Origin: Heterodontus francisci
Taxonomy: Eukaryota
DNA: 64,000 nucleotides
Assembly: GCF_036365525.1 (NCBI RefSeq)
Contig: NC_090404.1
Coordinates: 6,634,001-6,698,000 of the forward strand
Direction of reading: 5' to 3'
Below the pieces are notes generated by a model. The model worked only from the letters and a program-made list of their open reading frames with translations. It was not told the DNA's origin and made no database searches. The position numbers were made by a program, and so were the translations under genes. Below are positions 37,740 to 48,889 of the stretch, piece after piece (the stretch's first letter is position 1; the number at the start of each line of letters is the position of its first letter).

Positions 37740-40700
37740 TGGAAAGCCCATCAGCACCGGTGCTGGGGCCCTCTCATCCAAAGCAGCTGCAGCCTCTGCC
37801 GCCATCTACGTGACCCCGTCAGCTTTTAAATTGCTTCCATCTAGCCATGGGTTAAAGAGCTATCCCCACCCCAATATGTCTACAGGAGCCTGTGTAAATG
37901 CAATGGCTGAGGTTGTCGGCCCCTCGGCCTTTGTGGCTGCCTCAAAGATGTACGGGAAGGCTGTGTTCTTCTTGAAGACCGAGCACGCGGTGTCCGTGGC
38001 CCTGAATACGGGGCTCACTGTGCGGCGGGGGGAGGGGGGGGGGGGACCTTCCTGTCGTTGGACCCTCTGGTTCTCAAATCTCCCGTCCTTCATTCCGAAT
38101 GAGCTCCTCCTCCCCACCTGCCCCATCTTGGGGAGGTGAGGGCGGGGATCACCCCAGTCCCGCTTGGTCTTCGGGAAAACGGCTTCTGGCATGTCTCCTC
38201 CTTCCGCCGCTAGCTATTTATGTAGCTGGCGTGGGAGGAGGTCACAAATGGCCATTTCAATGTAACATTCCAGGGGATGGCCTATCGCATCTTCTGGACC
38301 TCGGACGGGACGCAGTGCTATGTCTGCAAGGGGGTGTGGCACATTTGTAAGAACTGCCCCAACCTCCCGGCCGCTAACTCCAACTTGGCAGCCCAGGGTG
38401 GCGCCAATGCACCTCCTCCCACTGTCCCTACACCTTCAACAGACACCACTCCCTCTGTTCTGGAGGCTGTGGTTTTCACGGCCTCCAGCGGGGAGGGCGG
38501 GTGCCCATCCAAGTGGAAGGAAGACGCAGAAGAAAAATAAACCATAAGAGGCATGTACCCTGGACACCGTGGCACAACCTGAGTCCTTGCTCTGCCCAAG
38601 GCCCGCTCTCGGGGTATCCACCTGCCCCAGGGCTGCGCTCAGGCCCAAGGTGACCAGTAGGGTGTGGAGGCAGAGGCCCCTGATGGCATGGAGGTCTCTG
38701 AGCCTCTGCGCCCCTCCAGATGTAAGAGGAGGAGACGTCCCGCCTCTGAAGAAGGCCCTGAAACACGGGGTCCATCTCCGAGCGTGGGTCCTCAGGCTTC
38801 CCCTGCCACCAGCACGAGCAGGGCCTCGAGCCCTGGGCGCGAACCCTCCGCTCCTCGGAACGGATGTTGTGGGTGGCGGGGAGATGCCCCTGTAATCTTG
38901 TTAACTCCTGAGGTGCGGGACCCGCCCTTGGTAGGGGAGCCTGTGAACCCCATGAGAGAAATCGTTCCTTTGGCTGATGGGTCAGGTGTCCTGGGTGGGG
39001 GCGAGACCTGTGAGGGTCCGCCCTCCCAACAGCCTGACACTGCCACCGGATGTACCAGACCCAGATGCCAATTTGTGTAATTCCCTGTCTGCTGGGCCTG
39101 TGGGCGCTCAGAGGGCGCGAGTTGGCCTCCTCTCTCCGCCTCTGGTCTCGGCTCCAGCTGGATTTCCAGAGTCGGGAATTTCCATCTCCCCTGGACCACC
39201 CATTGGTCTGGGGACGGAGGTGAAGGGGGGTCCTGAACCGCTGGCGCCCGTAGGCTCCAGTTCCATCCTAGAACCCAGAGAGGACTCCTCTGCCATCGAT
39301 CCTGGGGATGAGATCTTGACAGAGGCGAGACCAGCTGGCGTGGCTGGGCCGTCCGCCCCATAGTGTGTTGTGGGTGTAACGGCCGCTGGCGGTGACGAAC
39401 CGAAGGAGGATGGATACTCAGTGTGGGGCACGGAGGACGATCTTGATTCCATCGCCAGTGAGGTGGAGGAGTCCCTCTTGCGTCCTACTGAGTCTCCTCT
39501 TTTCCCCAAAGCAGAGCTCCGGGATTTCCTCGTGGCATGCAGGGGTTGCCATAATAAAGTTCAGCTGGCCCTCGGCCATTGTTCGACTCTGGCGCTGATC
39601 ATCCAGTCCGTCCGTGCCGCCCTCAAGAAAGCGTGGAAGGGCGTGGGTGTGAAACTGGTTGAGAGGTGCTGATTTAATGCGTTCCTCAAAGGGTTGCTGC
39701 GGGAGTGGAAGGCCAGGTGCACTTCTGCTCCCTCGTCGCAGTGAGGTGTTGGTGTAGATTTTTAAGTACCTTTGACATGAAGATAACCATCGCCAGCCTC
39801 AACATCAACGGCATCAGGGAGTCTCACCACAGATTTCACAATCTCCCAGTCCTCAGGGAAGGGAGATATGCAGTGAGCTTTCTGCAGGAAACCCACACCG
39901 TTCCAGGAGCCGAAGCCACCTGGCTCCTGGAGTGGCAGGGTGGGGTCTACATGAGTCACCTACACCTATTTCTAGTGGGGTGGCTATCTTGTTGGCTCCA
40001 ACTTTTCAACCGGAGTTCTTGGGGGTCAAGCAGCTCGTGCTGGGCCGCTTGCTCCACTTCGCTGTTCACCTGGGTAGTGTGCCGATCCACTTTGTGAACG
40101 TGTACATGCCAAAAGCCAGGGCGTTGCAAGAGCACTTCTTCGAAGAAGTGTCCTCTCTCTAGAGTTCCAAAAATAGGGGTGAGTGCATTAACCTCGCAGG
40201 GGATTTTAACTGTACCCTCGAGGTAGGGCATCGCTGATCAGCTCCCTCAACGTGGTGGACGCCTGGTGAAATCTCCATCCCGACTCCAGCGCCTTCACAT
40301 GGAGATCTGGAGGAGGATGATCCCGAATCGACCACCTCTACTTTTCACAGGTGGATGTCTCCCTCGTCTCAGCTGCCTCCAAGCGACTGGTGCCGTGCTT
40401 GGATCACCGCCTGGTGTGGGCGGAATACACTCCGCTCCGCACGCGGGCGGGATACGTGAACTGGCACTTTAACAACTGGCTGCTGGAGGACGAGCGATTC
40501 CATGACTCGTTCCATCGATTCCAGGCCGACTGGAGAAGGAAGCAGGGGGGCTTCCTCTCCTTGAGTCATTGGGTGATGTGGAAAAGACTCACATCCATGT
40601 TTTCTGTTAGGAGTACCCGAAGGGGTCGACCAAGAGGCGGGAAGCCGAGATCGGGTGCCTAGACAGGGATGTGCTCACCTTGGAGTTGCGCCTCAGCCAT

Positions 40701-42888
40701 GCCTTTGTGGACCTGGACCAGTGGCAGGCATTCAAAGAGAAGAAGGTTGCATTGAGGGACCTGCAGCTCATTCAGTCCCAAGGCACGTACGTGAGGTCAC
40801 AGATCCAGATCCTGGAAGATTTGGACTGCGCCTCGCCCTTCTTCTACTAGCTGGTAAAATCACGGGGTGCTGGCCGACAACAGATCCTCCATCATGGAGC
40901 TGGAACGAATGGGCATCCTGGTCCATACTTGTTATGGTGTGATGTTCTGTCTGGGTCTGTCCGTCGAGGACGTGCACAGGGTTTTGTGGGAGGACCTGCC
41001 GAAGGTCAGTCTGCAGGGTTCCGAAGGTTGGAGACTCCACTCACATTGGCAGAGCTGACCGACACCCTCCACCAGCTCTTGACGGACAAATCCGCGGGGC
41101 TGGACGGGTGGACCATGAAGTTCCTCAGAGCGTTCTGGGACGTCCTGTGGGACAATTACATGCGGCTCCTGGGGGAAAGCCTGGTGACCGGGGAGATGCC
41201 CCTCTCATGGCACAGGGCAGTCATTGTCCTGCTGCTGAAGTGGGGCAATATCCGCTTGCTTCAAAACTGCTGTCCGGTCTCCCTCCTCAGTGTGGGTTAG
41301 ATGATCTTTGCCCGGGCTATGTCTACCCGCCTGTGCTCCTTGCTGGCCCACACGATCCACCCTGACCAGTCATACACGGTCCCGGGCCGGTGCATCCAGG
41401 ACAACATCCACCTGGTCCGGGACCTGATCCATCTTTCCCAGAGGACTGGTCTGTCGGTTGCCTTTCTCTCCCTCGATCAGGAGAAGGCGTTCACATTTTG
41501 TGACCCGGGTCTGACTTTTATACGCTGCCGCAGAGTGTCTGGTCAAAGTTACCGGGCCCTTGACGGCGCTCCTTCACTTTGGGAGTGAAGTGCGTCAGGG
41601 ATGCCCCATGTCCGGCCAATTGTATTCCATCTGCATGGAGTCATTCCCGTGCCTGCTTCGCAGGAGGTTGACGGGATTGGCTCTGCCCGTGCCAGTTGGT
41701 CCTTAATCAACTGGTCGCCTCCATGCTGTGATACCGGTTGGTCACTTTGGCCCCGCCCCTTGCATTTGCCACCAAGATCCGGAAGAAGCTCGTCGATTTC
41801 TTCTGGGGCAAGAGGAAACACTGGGTCTCTGTCGTAGTCCTGAGTCTCCCAATCAAGGTGGGCAACAAGTCGCTGGTGTGCATCCACACCCAGGCTGCGA
41901 CTCTCCACCCTGCAGAGATACCTGTATGTCGAGCATCCTCCCAGATGGTGTGCGCTGGTGATTTATTTTTTCCACCAGTGTACCTGCTTTCAAGATGACA
42001 CGCAGCTCCCGGCAGAGACCATTAGCTGCACCTCTCTGCGTGTGTTGCTTATCTTTAACTGGGACCTATTCAGAGTCTGGAACATGGTCGCCTCCAGTCA
42101 GGGCACTCCCCTGCCGGCGGAGGAGAGTGCCTTGGCTATCTGGGTGGTTGGCTCCGGGGATGGACTGAAAGGCAGAGGAGTGCCGAAGAACCTGGGATGC
42201 CCCTCACTGCGGGTGACAAGTGGGCTCGGGAGCGCAGAGCACTTCCGGCCACGCTGACACCTACTCGGTCAGAACTGTTCATCAGACCCAGGCCTCGAAA
42301 CCCTCCTCGGGAGCCAGTACTGCACAACCCGAGCCACCTCTCGGAAACGCTCTCCATGCCATTCCAATCGGGGCGGAGGGGTTACTATATGGGCTGCTGC
42401 TGCACACTGTCCATTTCCCTCGCCCTCGCCAGCCAACCAGACGCACGCTGGCGGTCCGTGTTGCCATCTGGCAGCGAGGGGAAACCCCAGTGGAAGTCTC
42501 TCTACGCAAGGGTCCTCCCCCTTTACATCGGGGATTTGCGGTGGAGAGTGCTGCACAGGGCAGTGCTGTGCAATAGGCTTTTAAGTAGGTTCATGGACTC
42601 CCAGGCCGTCTGTAATTTCTGTGGCCTGGACGAGTCCATGTTCCATGTATATATGGAGCGTGCGAGGCTGCAGCCCCTGTTTGAGTATTTGAAGGGGCTG
42701 CTCCTCAGATTTTGGTTGCACTTCAGCCCCACGCTCCTGATCTTTGGGCACCCGGTGTAGCGGGGCATGGGCTAGGTGGAGGATCTCCTCGTCGGTCGGC
42801 TCCTGGGCCTGGCCAAGTGGCAATTCATAGGTTCAGGCTGCGGGCCGTCCGGGGGTCCGACCTCCCTGATTGCCTGCCACTCTTCCGA
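37740..42888 (+). mobile_element. Decayed Tx1-group (L1 clade) retrotransposon, ORF1 + ORF2, 3' end missing
   Basis: ORF1 'HGLKSYPHPNMS...AASKMYGKAVFFLK' and CCHC knuckle 'CYVCKGVWHICKNCP'. ORF2 'MKITIASLNING...FLQETH', 'IHPDQSYTVPGRCIQDNI...SLDQEKAF', 'WRVLHRAV...CNFCGLDESMFHVYME'. Confidence 0.9.
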
Positions 42889-43034
42889 GGTTAGATACCG
42901 AGTAAAGCTTCCTCTACACTGTGCCATTAAACACTCCCGGGGCAGGCACAGCCCAGTTTAGATACACAGTAAAACTCCTTCTACACAGTCCCATCAAGCA
43001 CTCCAGGGCAGGTACAGCACAGGTTAGATATAAC

Positions 43035-43290
43035 ACAGACACAAGAGAGAGCACAAACCCTGGGAATGATTCCTAGAGACTGGTGAATATCTGACACAAT
43101 ATACCATTGAGCGCAAATTCAGGGAATTATTCCAAGAGTCTGGGGTCCATCTGACACAACAGGGAGCACAAAGCCTAAAAATGATCCCACAGCCTGGGGC
43201 CTGTCTAGTACACTGGAGAGGGCAACCCCTGGGAATGATTTACAACGCCTGAATCGATGTGACAAACAAGGAAGCAGAATTACTGGGTTG
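43035..43290 (+). repeat. Degenerate ~55-60-bp tandem repeat (about 5 units)
   Basis: Recurring 'gacacaa...gagcacaaa..ctgggaatgattcc...ctgg....atct'. Confidence 0.6.
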
Positions 43291-44710
43291 ATTCCCGGTA
43301 TATCCTGTCCACCAAAAGTAAGACAATTCAGCCCGGCTAATTACTGCCCCATCAGTGCATTTTCAGACATCAGCAAAGAAATGGAAGGTTTCATTGGCAG
43401 CGATATCGAGAGGCAGTTTCTCAGCAATAACCAGCTCACCGATGCTCAGTTTAGGTTCAGCCAGGGCAGCTTGCATCCAGACTTCATTACCGCCTGGGTA
43501 TAAACGTGGACAAAGGAGCTGACTTCCAGGGGTGAGGTGGGAGTGACTGCCTTTGACATAAAGGCAGCATTTGACTGAGTGTGGCTTCGAGGAACTCTAG
43601 CAAAACTGAAGTCAATGGGAATCCAGGGGAAAATACTGCACTGGTTGTAGCCAAACCTAGCACAAATGGATGTGGTTGTTTGAGGTCAATCAGCACAGCC
43701 CCAGGAAATCATTGCAGGAGTTCGTCAGGGTAATGTCCTAGGCCCAACCATCTTCAGCTGTTTCATCAATGATTTTCTCTCCATCATCACGTTAGAGGTT
43801 GGGATGTTCGTTAATGATTGCACTGTTCTGTATCATTCAAGTCTCCTCCAGATATGAAGTATTCTGCCCCTGCATGCAGCAAGATCTGGGCAGCATTCAG
43901 GCTTAGGTTGTTAAGTGTCAAATAACATTCGCGCCACCCAGGTGCAGGCAAGGACCATCCCCAACAAGAGAGGATCTGACCATCTCCTCTTCACATTCAA
44001 TGACATGACCATCGCTGTATTCCCCACCATCAACATCCTGGGAGTTAATATTAACAGGAAACTTATCTGGACAGGACATATAAATACTGTGGCGACAAGA
44101 GTAGGCCAGAGGCTCGGAATCCTGCGGCGAGTAACTCACCTCTGGACTTCCCAAAGCCTGTCCACCAATTCGAAGGTACATGTCAGGAGTGTGATGGAAT
44201 ACTCTCCACATTCCTGAATGACTGGGGCTCTAACAACACTCAAGAAGCTTGACACCATCCAGGACAAAGCAACCCGCTTCATCAACACACCATACACCAC
44301 CTTAAACATCCCCTCCCTCCACCACTGGCGCAGAGTGGCAGCAGTGTGTACCATCTGCAAGATGCACTGCGGCAACTCATCTCGCCTCCTTCACCGGGAC
44401 TTTTCAAATCCGTGACCTCTACCTACCTAGATCGACAAAGGCAGCAAACGCATGGGAACACCATCAGCTACAAGTTCCCTTTCAAGCCACACATCATCCT
44501 GACGTGGATCTACATTGCTGTTCCTTCACTCTCACTGAATCAAACGCCTGGAACAACGTCCTTAACAGCACCGTGGGTGTACTGGCACCCAATGGCCTGC
44601 AGCGGTTCAAGAAGGCAGCTCACCACCATCTTCTCAGGGGCACTTAGGGATGGACAGCCAATGTTGGCCTAGTCAGAGACTCTCATATCCCATGAAATAA
44701 TAGTAAAAAA
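43290..44710 (+). mobile_element. L2/CR1-group LINE 3' half (inside duplication copy A)
   Basis: 'PANYCPISAFSDISKEMEG', 'LGVNINRKLIWTGHINTVA', 'LKKLDTIQDKA'. Confidence 0.85.
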
Positions 44711-45199
44711 ACAGACTGCAGTGTCCTGCTGAGCGGAGAGAACTTCTGAGCAGATTCGAGACTGAATCCAGAACATCACAGGAGGTGGGGTCCGCACATC
44801 CACCAAACACGGATTGAAGCAAAGAAATCTAAAGAAGCAACTCTACAGATCCCCGTGGAAGCAAGAGGACCATAAATGTAATCCCTAGAGTGATATAACA
44901 CACGGAAGAAGTAGTTTTACTTTATATAATAGAAAAGGAGAGACTTTAATTTATCATGGCTTCAGGTCGTCCAAAAGCGTCTTATAGTTAAGGAAATACA
45001 TTTCCGGTGTAGTCACTGTTCCAATGCAGGAAATATTATTTACATAGAGTGAGGTGAGAATATTTAAATCTCTGACAGAACATTTTGTCAATCTGACCCT
45101 TGTGGATGTGAAGGGATTTGGAAATGCAGGTACTTTCCAGATAATTCCAATTGATCATCAATAATAAAACAATATCCGATCACAAGCAATCGATACAAT

Positions 45200-45509
45200 G
45201 TTCCGAAGAAGGGTCACTGACCCGAAACGTTAACTCTGCTTCTCTTCCCACAGATGCTGCCAGACCTGCTGAGTGACTCCAGCATTTCTTGTTTTTGATA
45301 CAATTGTCTGCCTGTTTGTCTGTTTATAACACATTGAAATACCATTCCGAACGGAACAATTGTTATCCTTCGTTCCGAAGAAGGGTCACTGACCCGAAAC
45401 GTTAACTCTGCTTCTCTTTCCACAGATGCTGCCAGACCTGTTGAGTGGTTCCAGCATTTCTTGTTTTTATTTCAGATTTCCAGCATCCGCAGTATTTTAT
45501 ATTTTTTTA
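45200..45509 (+). mobile_element. Two independent Penelope-like terminal-repeat insertions
   Basis: 'ttccgaagaagggtcactgacccgaaacgttaactctgcttctc...cagatgctgccagacctg' occurs twice. TSDs gatacaat (45192-99/45297-304) and aattgttatccttcgt (45358-73/45510-25). Both are absent from the paralogous copy. The Penelope assignment is from memory. Confidence 0.65.
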
Positions 45510-46686
45510 AATTGTTATCCTTCGTCAGACTGTACAGTGACATTGGGTTCATGAAAAACTTTGATTGCAACACTTCACTGTCTCAGTAAACCGTGCCGTG
45601 ACACCTGTAATTTACTCTCGCTGTAAATACCCCGCCGTGTGCGGTGTTACCACACTGAAATATTGCCTGTAATCTCCAGCTGTCACCTGTGAAACCAGGA
45701 AAACTGACGGCTCTGCAACGTTTAGTCAAAAATGAGGTGCTGGAGCGCCATCCAGTGGCGTCAGGTGGTAAATGAAATTCTGACTGAAAAATTTGGATTC
45801 TCAATTTATTAGCCAAACGGCTGCATGATCATGTTGAACTCTGATCATGCTAGAATTCTATAGTTATCACTGTTTTATTTTTATCATCACTGTAACTGCT
45901 GTCATTTTATTGGTTTGCAGTTACTACCGTTGCAATTTTATATTAATTCTGAGATTTCTTGTCTTAGTTTTCTGGTGTGCTCACGTCCCTAACACATTAC
46001 ACGCGCATTTGCAAACATTAGAAGGACTTCACGTTAATAATTCCTCAGTTCATATGATTGGATTTCTAATTTGCTAGGAATAGAAGTCTTTCGACCTCTC
46101 AACTCATCAAATACGAAGATCAAGCAACACTCATTCACTCCATGAAGCGAAGGTGATTAATATTTTGCTGTTGAGGTTTAATCTGTATGTTGAATCAAAT
46201 ATTATATAGACAATGTTAATCAATTTCATTGCATATCAAACAATCCGAGTTGGCAACATCAGGTGTTAAGAGAGCAAAGCTCCCTGTGAACTATCCAATC
46301 ACACACTCCCAGAGTAGGTACACATAGGTAAGATACAGAAAAAATCTCCCTCTACACAGTCCCCTCAAACAATCCCAGGGCAGGTACAGCACGGGTTAGG
46401 TACAGATTAAAGCTCCCTCTGCACTGCCCCATCAAACAATCCCAGAGCAGATACAGCACGAGATAATATGCAGAGATGTACTGCCTGGATCGAGCCCGAT
46501 GAGGCATGAAATGGTGACAAAAATAAATTTAATTCCAAGTAAACGGTAAGTATTATTTCATTATGTTAAAATAATGACGCTGATAATGCTGTTACTCATT
46601 TTAATTACATTAGTTCGGCTTTTACTTGTGTCACACACGTGGTGGGTCCTGTGAACTTGTTCTCTCTTCAGTTCCCATGCACAGTG

Positions 46687-46725
46687 AGTTATTGTACAGG
46701 CTCCTCGTTAATTTATTTCACCGTG
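46687..46725 (-). other. 23-bp-spacer RSS of V2
   Basis: CACGGTG-23-ACAATAACT on the minus strand. Confidence 0.9.
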
Positions 46726-47006
46726 TCTCACTGCACTGTAATACACCGCAGCGTCTGACAGCTGAGTCGTGTTTACCGTAAGAGTAGTGGAGCCCTTCTC
46801 ACTGTCCACAGATATTTTAAACCTTCCCTCAACTCTCTCATCTCTGTATGTGGAGAGGAGATACTGGGGAGCTTGATTGGCGAACTGCCGGTACCAGAAT
46901 ATAGAATCACCTGTAGCGAAAGTAGCGTTGTGATGAAGTGAAATGCTTTGTCCTTCGGTTCCTTGAGGCACTGACATCTGGAATGTCTCCAAGTGACAAG
47001 GAACAG
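46726..47006 (-). CDS. TCR alpha/delta-like V exon (V2): open frame, no own leader found, both canonical Cys replaced
   Basis: (A)VPCHLETFQMSVPQGTEGQSISLHHNATFATGDSIFWYRQFANQAPQYLLSTYRDERVEGRFKISVDSEKGSTTLTVNTTQLSDAAVYYSAVR; acceptor 'ctttaacAG' at 47007-47008. Confidence 0.85.
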
Positions 47007-47466
47007 CTGTTAAAGCAAGATCAATAATTCATATAACGATAAACGCAAACAGAATTAATACAGGCAAAATGGACTAATCTACATATCTATCTATGGATCT
47101 ACCTACTTATCTGTCGGTCTATCAATCAGTATAACTATCTACTTATCCATCTATATCTATCTCTCTATCTATATATTAATTTACCTCCCTCTTTCTTGCG
47201 CTATTTATTTATCTATCTTGTGTGGGAGGCATTGTTCAATGTTTGTTCATCTATTTACTCTGTATGTTGTGCAACTAAACATATATAGTATCTAAGTTAA
47301 TTATGTTTCGTTAACTGTATCTGTAGTAACAGCAATAGAATGATGTAACTTTATCCCGAGGGAAGTTTAAAACACGGACCATTAACATTTCTGAATATCA
47401 CTAACACTTCCAAAGGGCTTGGTTTGGGGAAAGGTTAATGGTGCAGCGGAGACACGGCACTAAACA

Positions 47467-47505
47467 AGATATTGTGCAGCCGGATCTGCTCTTTGCCTCA
47501 CTGTG
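47467..47505 (-). other. 23-bp-spacer RSS of V1
   Basis: CACAGTG-23-ACAATATCT on the minus strand. Confidence 0.92.
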
Positions 47506-47933
47506 TCCCCATGGCACAGTAATACAGACCGGAGTCCTGGGCCTCGGTGCGATCTATAGAAATGGTGTTGGACTTCTGAACTGGGTCCAACGATAGTCTG
47601 TAGCGTCCTGTAGTCTCAGTCCCCTGGTATATGGAGCCGATAAATGTCGGTGCCCCTGTCAGTGCTTGTCTGTACCAGCCTACTGTATACCCAGCAGCAA
47701 TGGAGAGCCGGCAATCCAGTTCAACCCGTTCCCCTTCCCGAGACACCACCTGCTCAGGGTGTGAGCTCTGATCCTCACCCTGAACGGCTGTGAACAAAGC
47801 AAAAGCACTCAACAACCATAAGATATTACGAAATTGGTGAAACAAGCTGTCTGATCAGATAAATAAACTCACCCAACATCAACAGCGCCAGAACACCAAC
47901 TGTAAACAGATTTTTGTGGAGGTTTCTGTTCAT
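47506..47933 (-). CDS. Intact TCR alpha/delta-like V gene (V1): leader exon 47873-47933, V exon 47506-47787
   Basis: Leader MNRNLHKNLFTVGVLALLML G|GTGAGT, 85-nt intron ending ttcacAG. V exon AVQGEDQSSHPEQVVSREGERVELDCRLSIAAGYTVGWYRQALTGAPTFIGSIYQGTETTGRYRLSLDPVQKSNTISIDRTEAQDSGLYYCAMG. The W-to-C spacing is Valpha/delta-like. Confidence 0.9.
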
Positions 47934-48084
47934 GACGGTGAAGATGGACAAAAAGTGGTTCAATCAGGGTCCGATTTCCAGACTAGGACTTGCTGCTGAG
48001 TCCCAGACTCTCAATGGTGAGGAGAGGGAGGACAGGGGAGAGCTTTACATTCTCCTCGTAGAGTATGAGACTGATGGGTGGCAT

Positions 48085-48150
48085 TCACCAATCGGACTTT
48101 AATCGGATGTTGTCACCAGACGTCATTCGCTAAGCCTCTCCGGGATTGGC
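48085..48150 (-). promoter_or_regulatory. Candidate V1 promoter elements (CRE-like TGACGTCT at 48118-48125, CCAAT motifs)
   Basis: About 190 nt upstream of the V1 ATG. CRE-like motifs are typical of TCR V promoters; motif match only. Confidence 0.35.
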
Positions 48151-48889
48151 TGTTTCTCAAGACAAAATGAAAAGCTCTTGAACCTTCACTGGGAAGGAAT
48201 TTCTCTTCTTGCTCTGAGTAGTGACCAATTAAATGGTTCAGGAAGATTTAATCTTTGTCTATTTCTTTCCTAAATGTTCAGCACGTCTGGAATCAGAGAC
48301 TTTTACAGCCTTGTTTCAAACCTTATTTATCTTTCTCCTTACTGACTCCCTTAAAAGAATGTTCATATTTCCTTCCCTTGTTTTCTAACTTTATATGTAA
48401 CGTGATATCCCTATGCTCTCTGGTCACTGTGGATTTATGGTACGAAATAAACACAAACGGCAATTTCTGATTGTTCTTTAAATCCGACATCAATGTGGAA
48501 ACTCTCCACCAGACAGGCGCGCGGCCTTGTGGTGGTTTCGAGTAACTGCGTGTTTGCCAAATTTAGCGAACAATATACTCGCTCCCGAAATCAACTGTAA
48601 ATTCTCTATTGATTTTACCGTGGTGTGATGTTGAGTGCGAGTATATAAAAAGCAATTGTAGATGCGTTCATGTGTTGTCTGGTCCCCCAGAGTGCAGCGT
48701 GGCCCGTGCCACAGATAGGGGACCTTTCCCAGCAGCTGTGACTTGTCGGAACCGCAGCCCTCCATGGCCCAGTCATTTACTGAGTTAAGCAAAACCCAAC
48801 CTTCTTCCAGCGGGAGCTGCCTGGGTTGATGGTCGCGACAGACATAAAAATGAGGCGCCAACCTCGTGAAGTTACAACAAATCCAAACC

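Larger units (their letters stand above)
43290..46075 (+). repeat. Segmental duplication copy A (paralogous to 48890-51305)
   Basis: The LINE tail runs into the same unique flank ('aaaaaacagactgc.gtg.c...tgagcggaga', 'tcagactgtacagtgacatt', 'gctgcatgatcatg.tga') in both copies. Confidence 0.88.

Noticed and set aside
46680-46686. Plus-strand CACAGTG abutting the V2 nonamer
   Set aside because: No nonamer at 12 or 23 bp spacing.
47506-47787. V1 as a NAR-TCR V domain
   Set aside because: It lacks IgNAR-type framework motifs, and no dedicated D-J lies between V1 and V2.
47498-47845. ORF-track N-terminus 'MFHQFRNILWLLSAFALFT' as the V1 signal peptide
   Set aside because: This is read-through of the intron. 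The true leader exon is 47873-47933 with a canonical GT donor.
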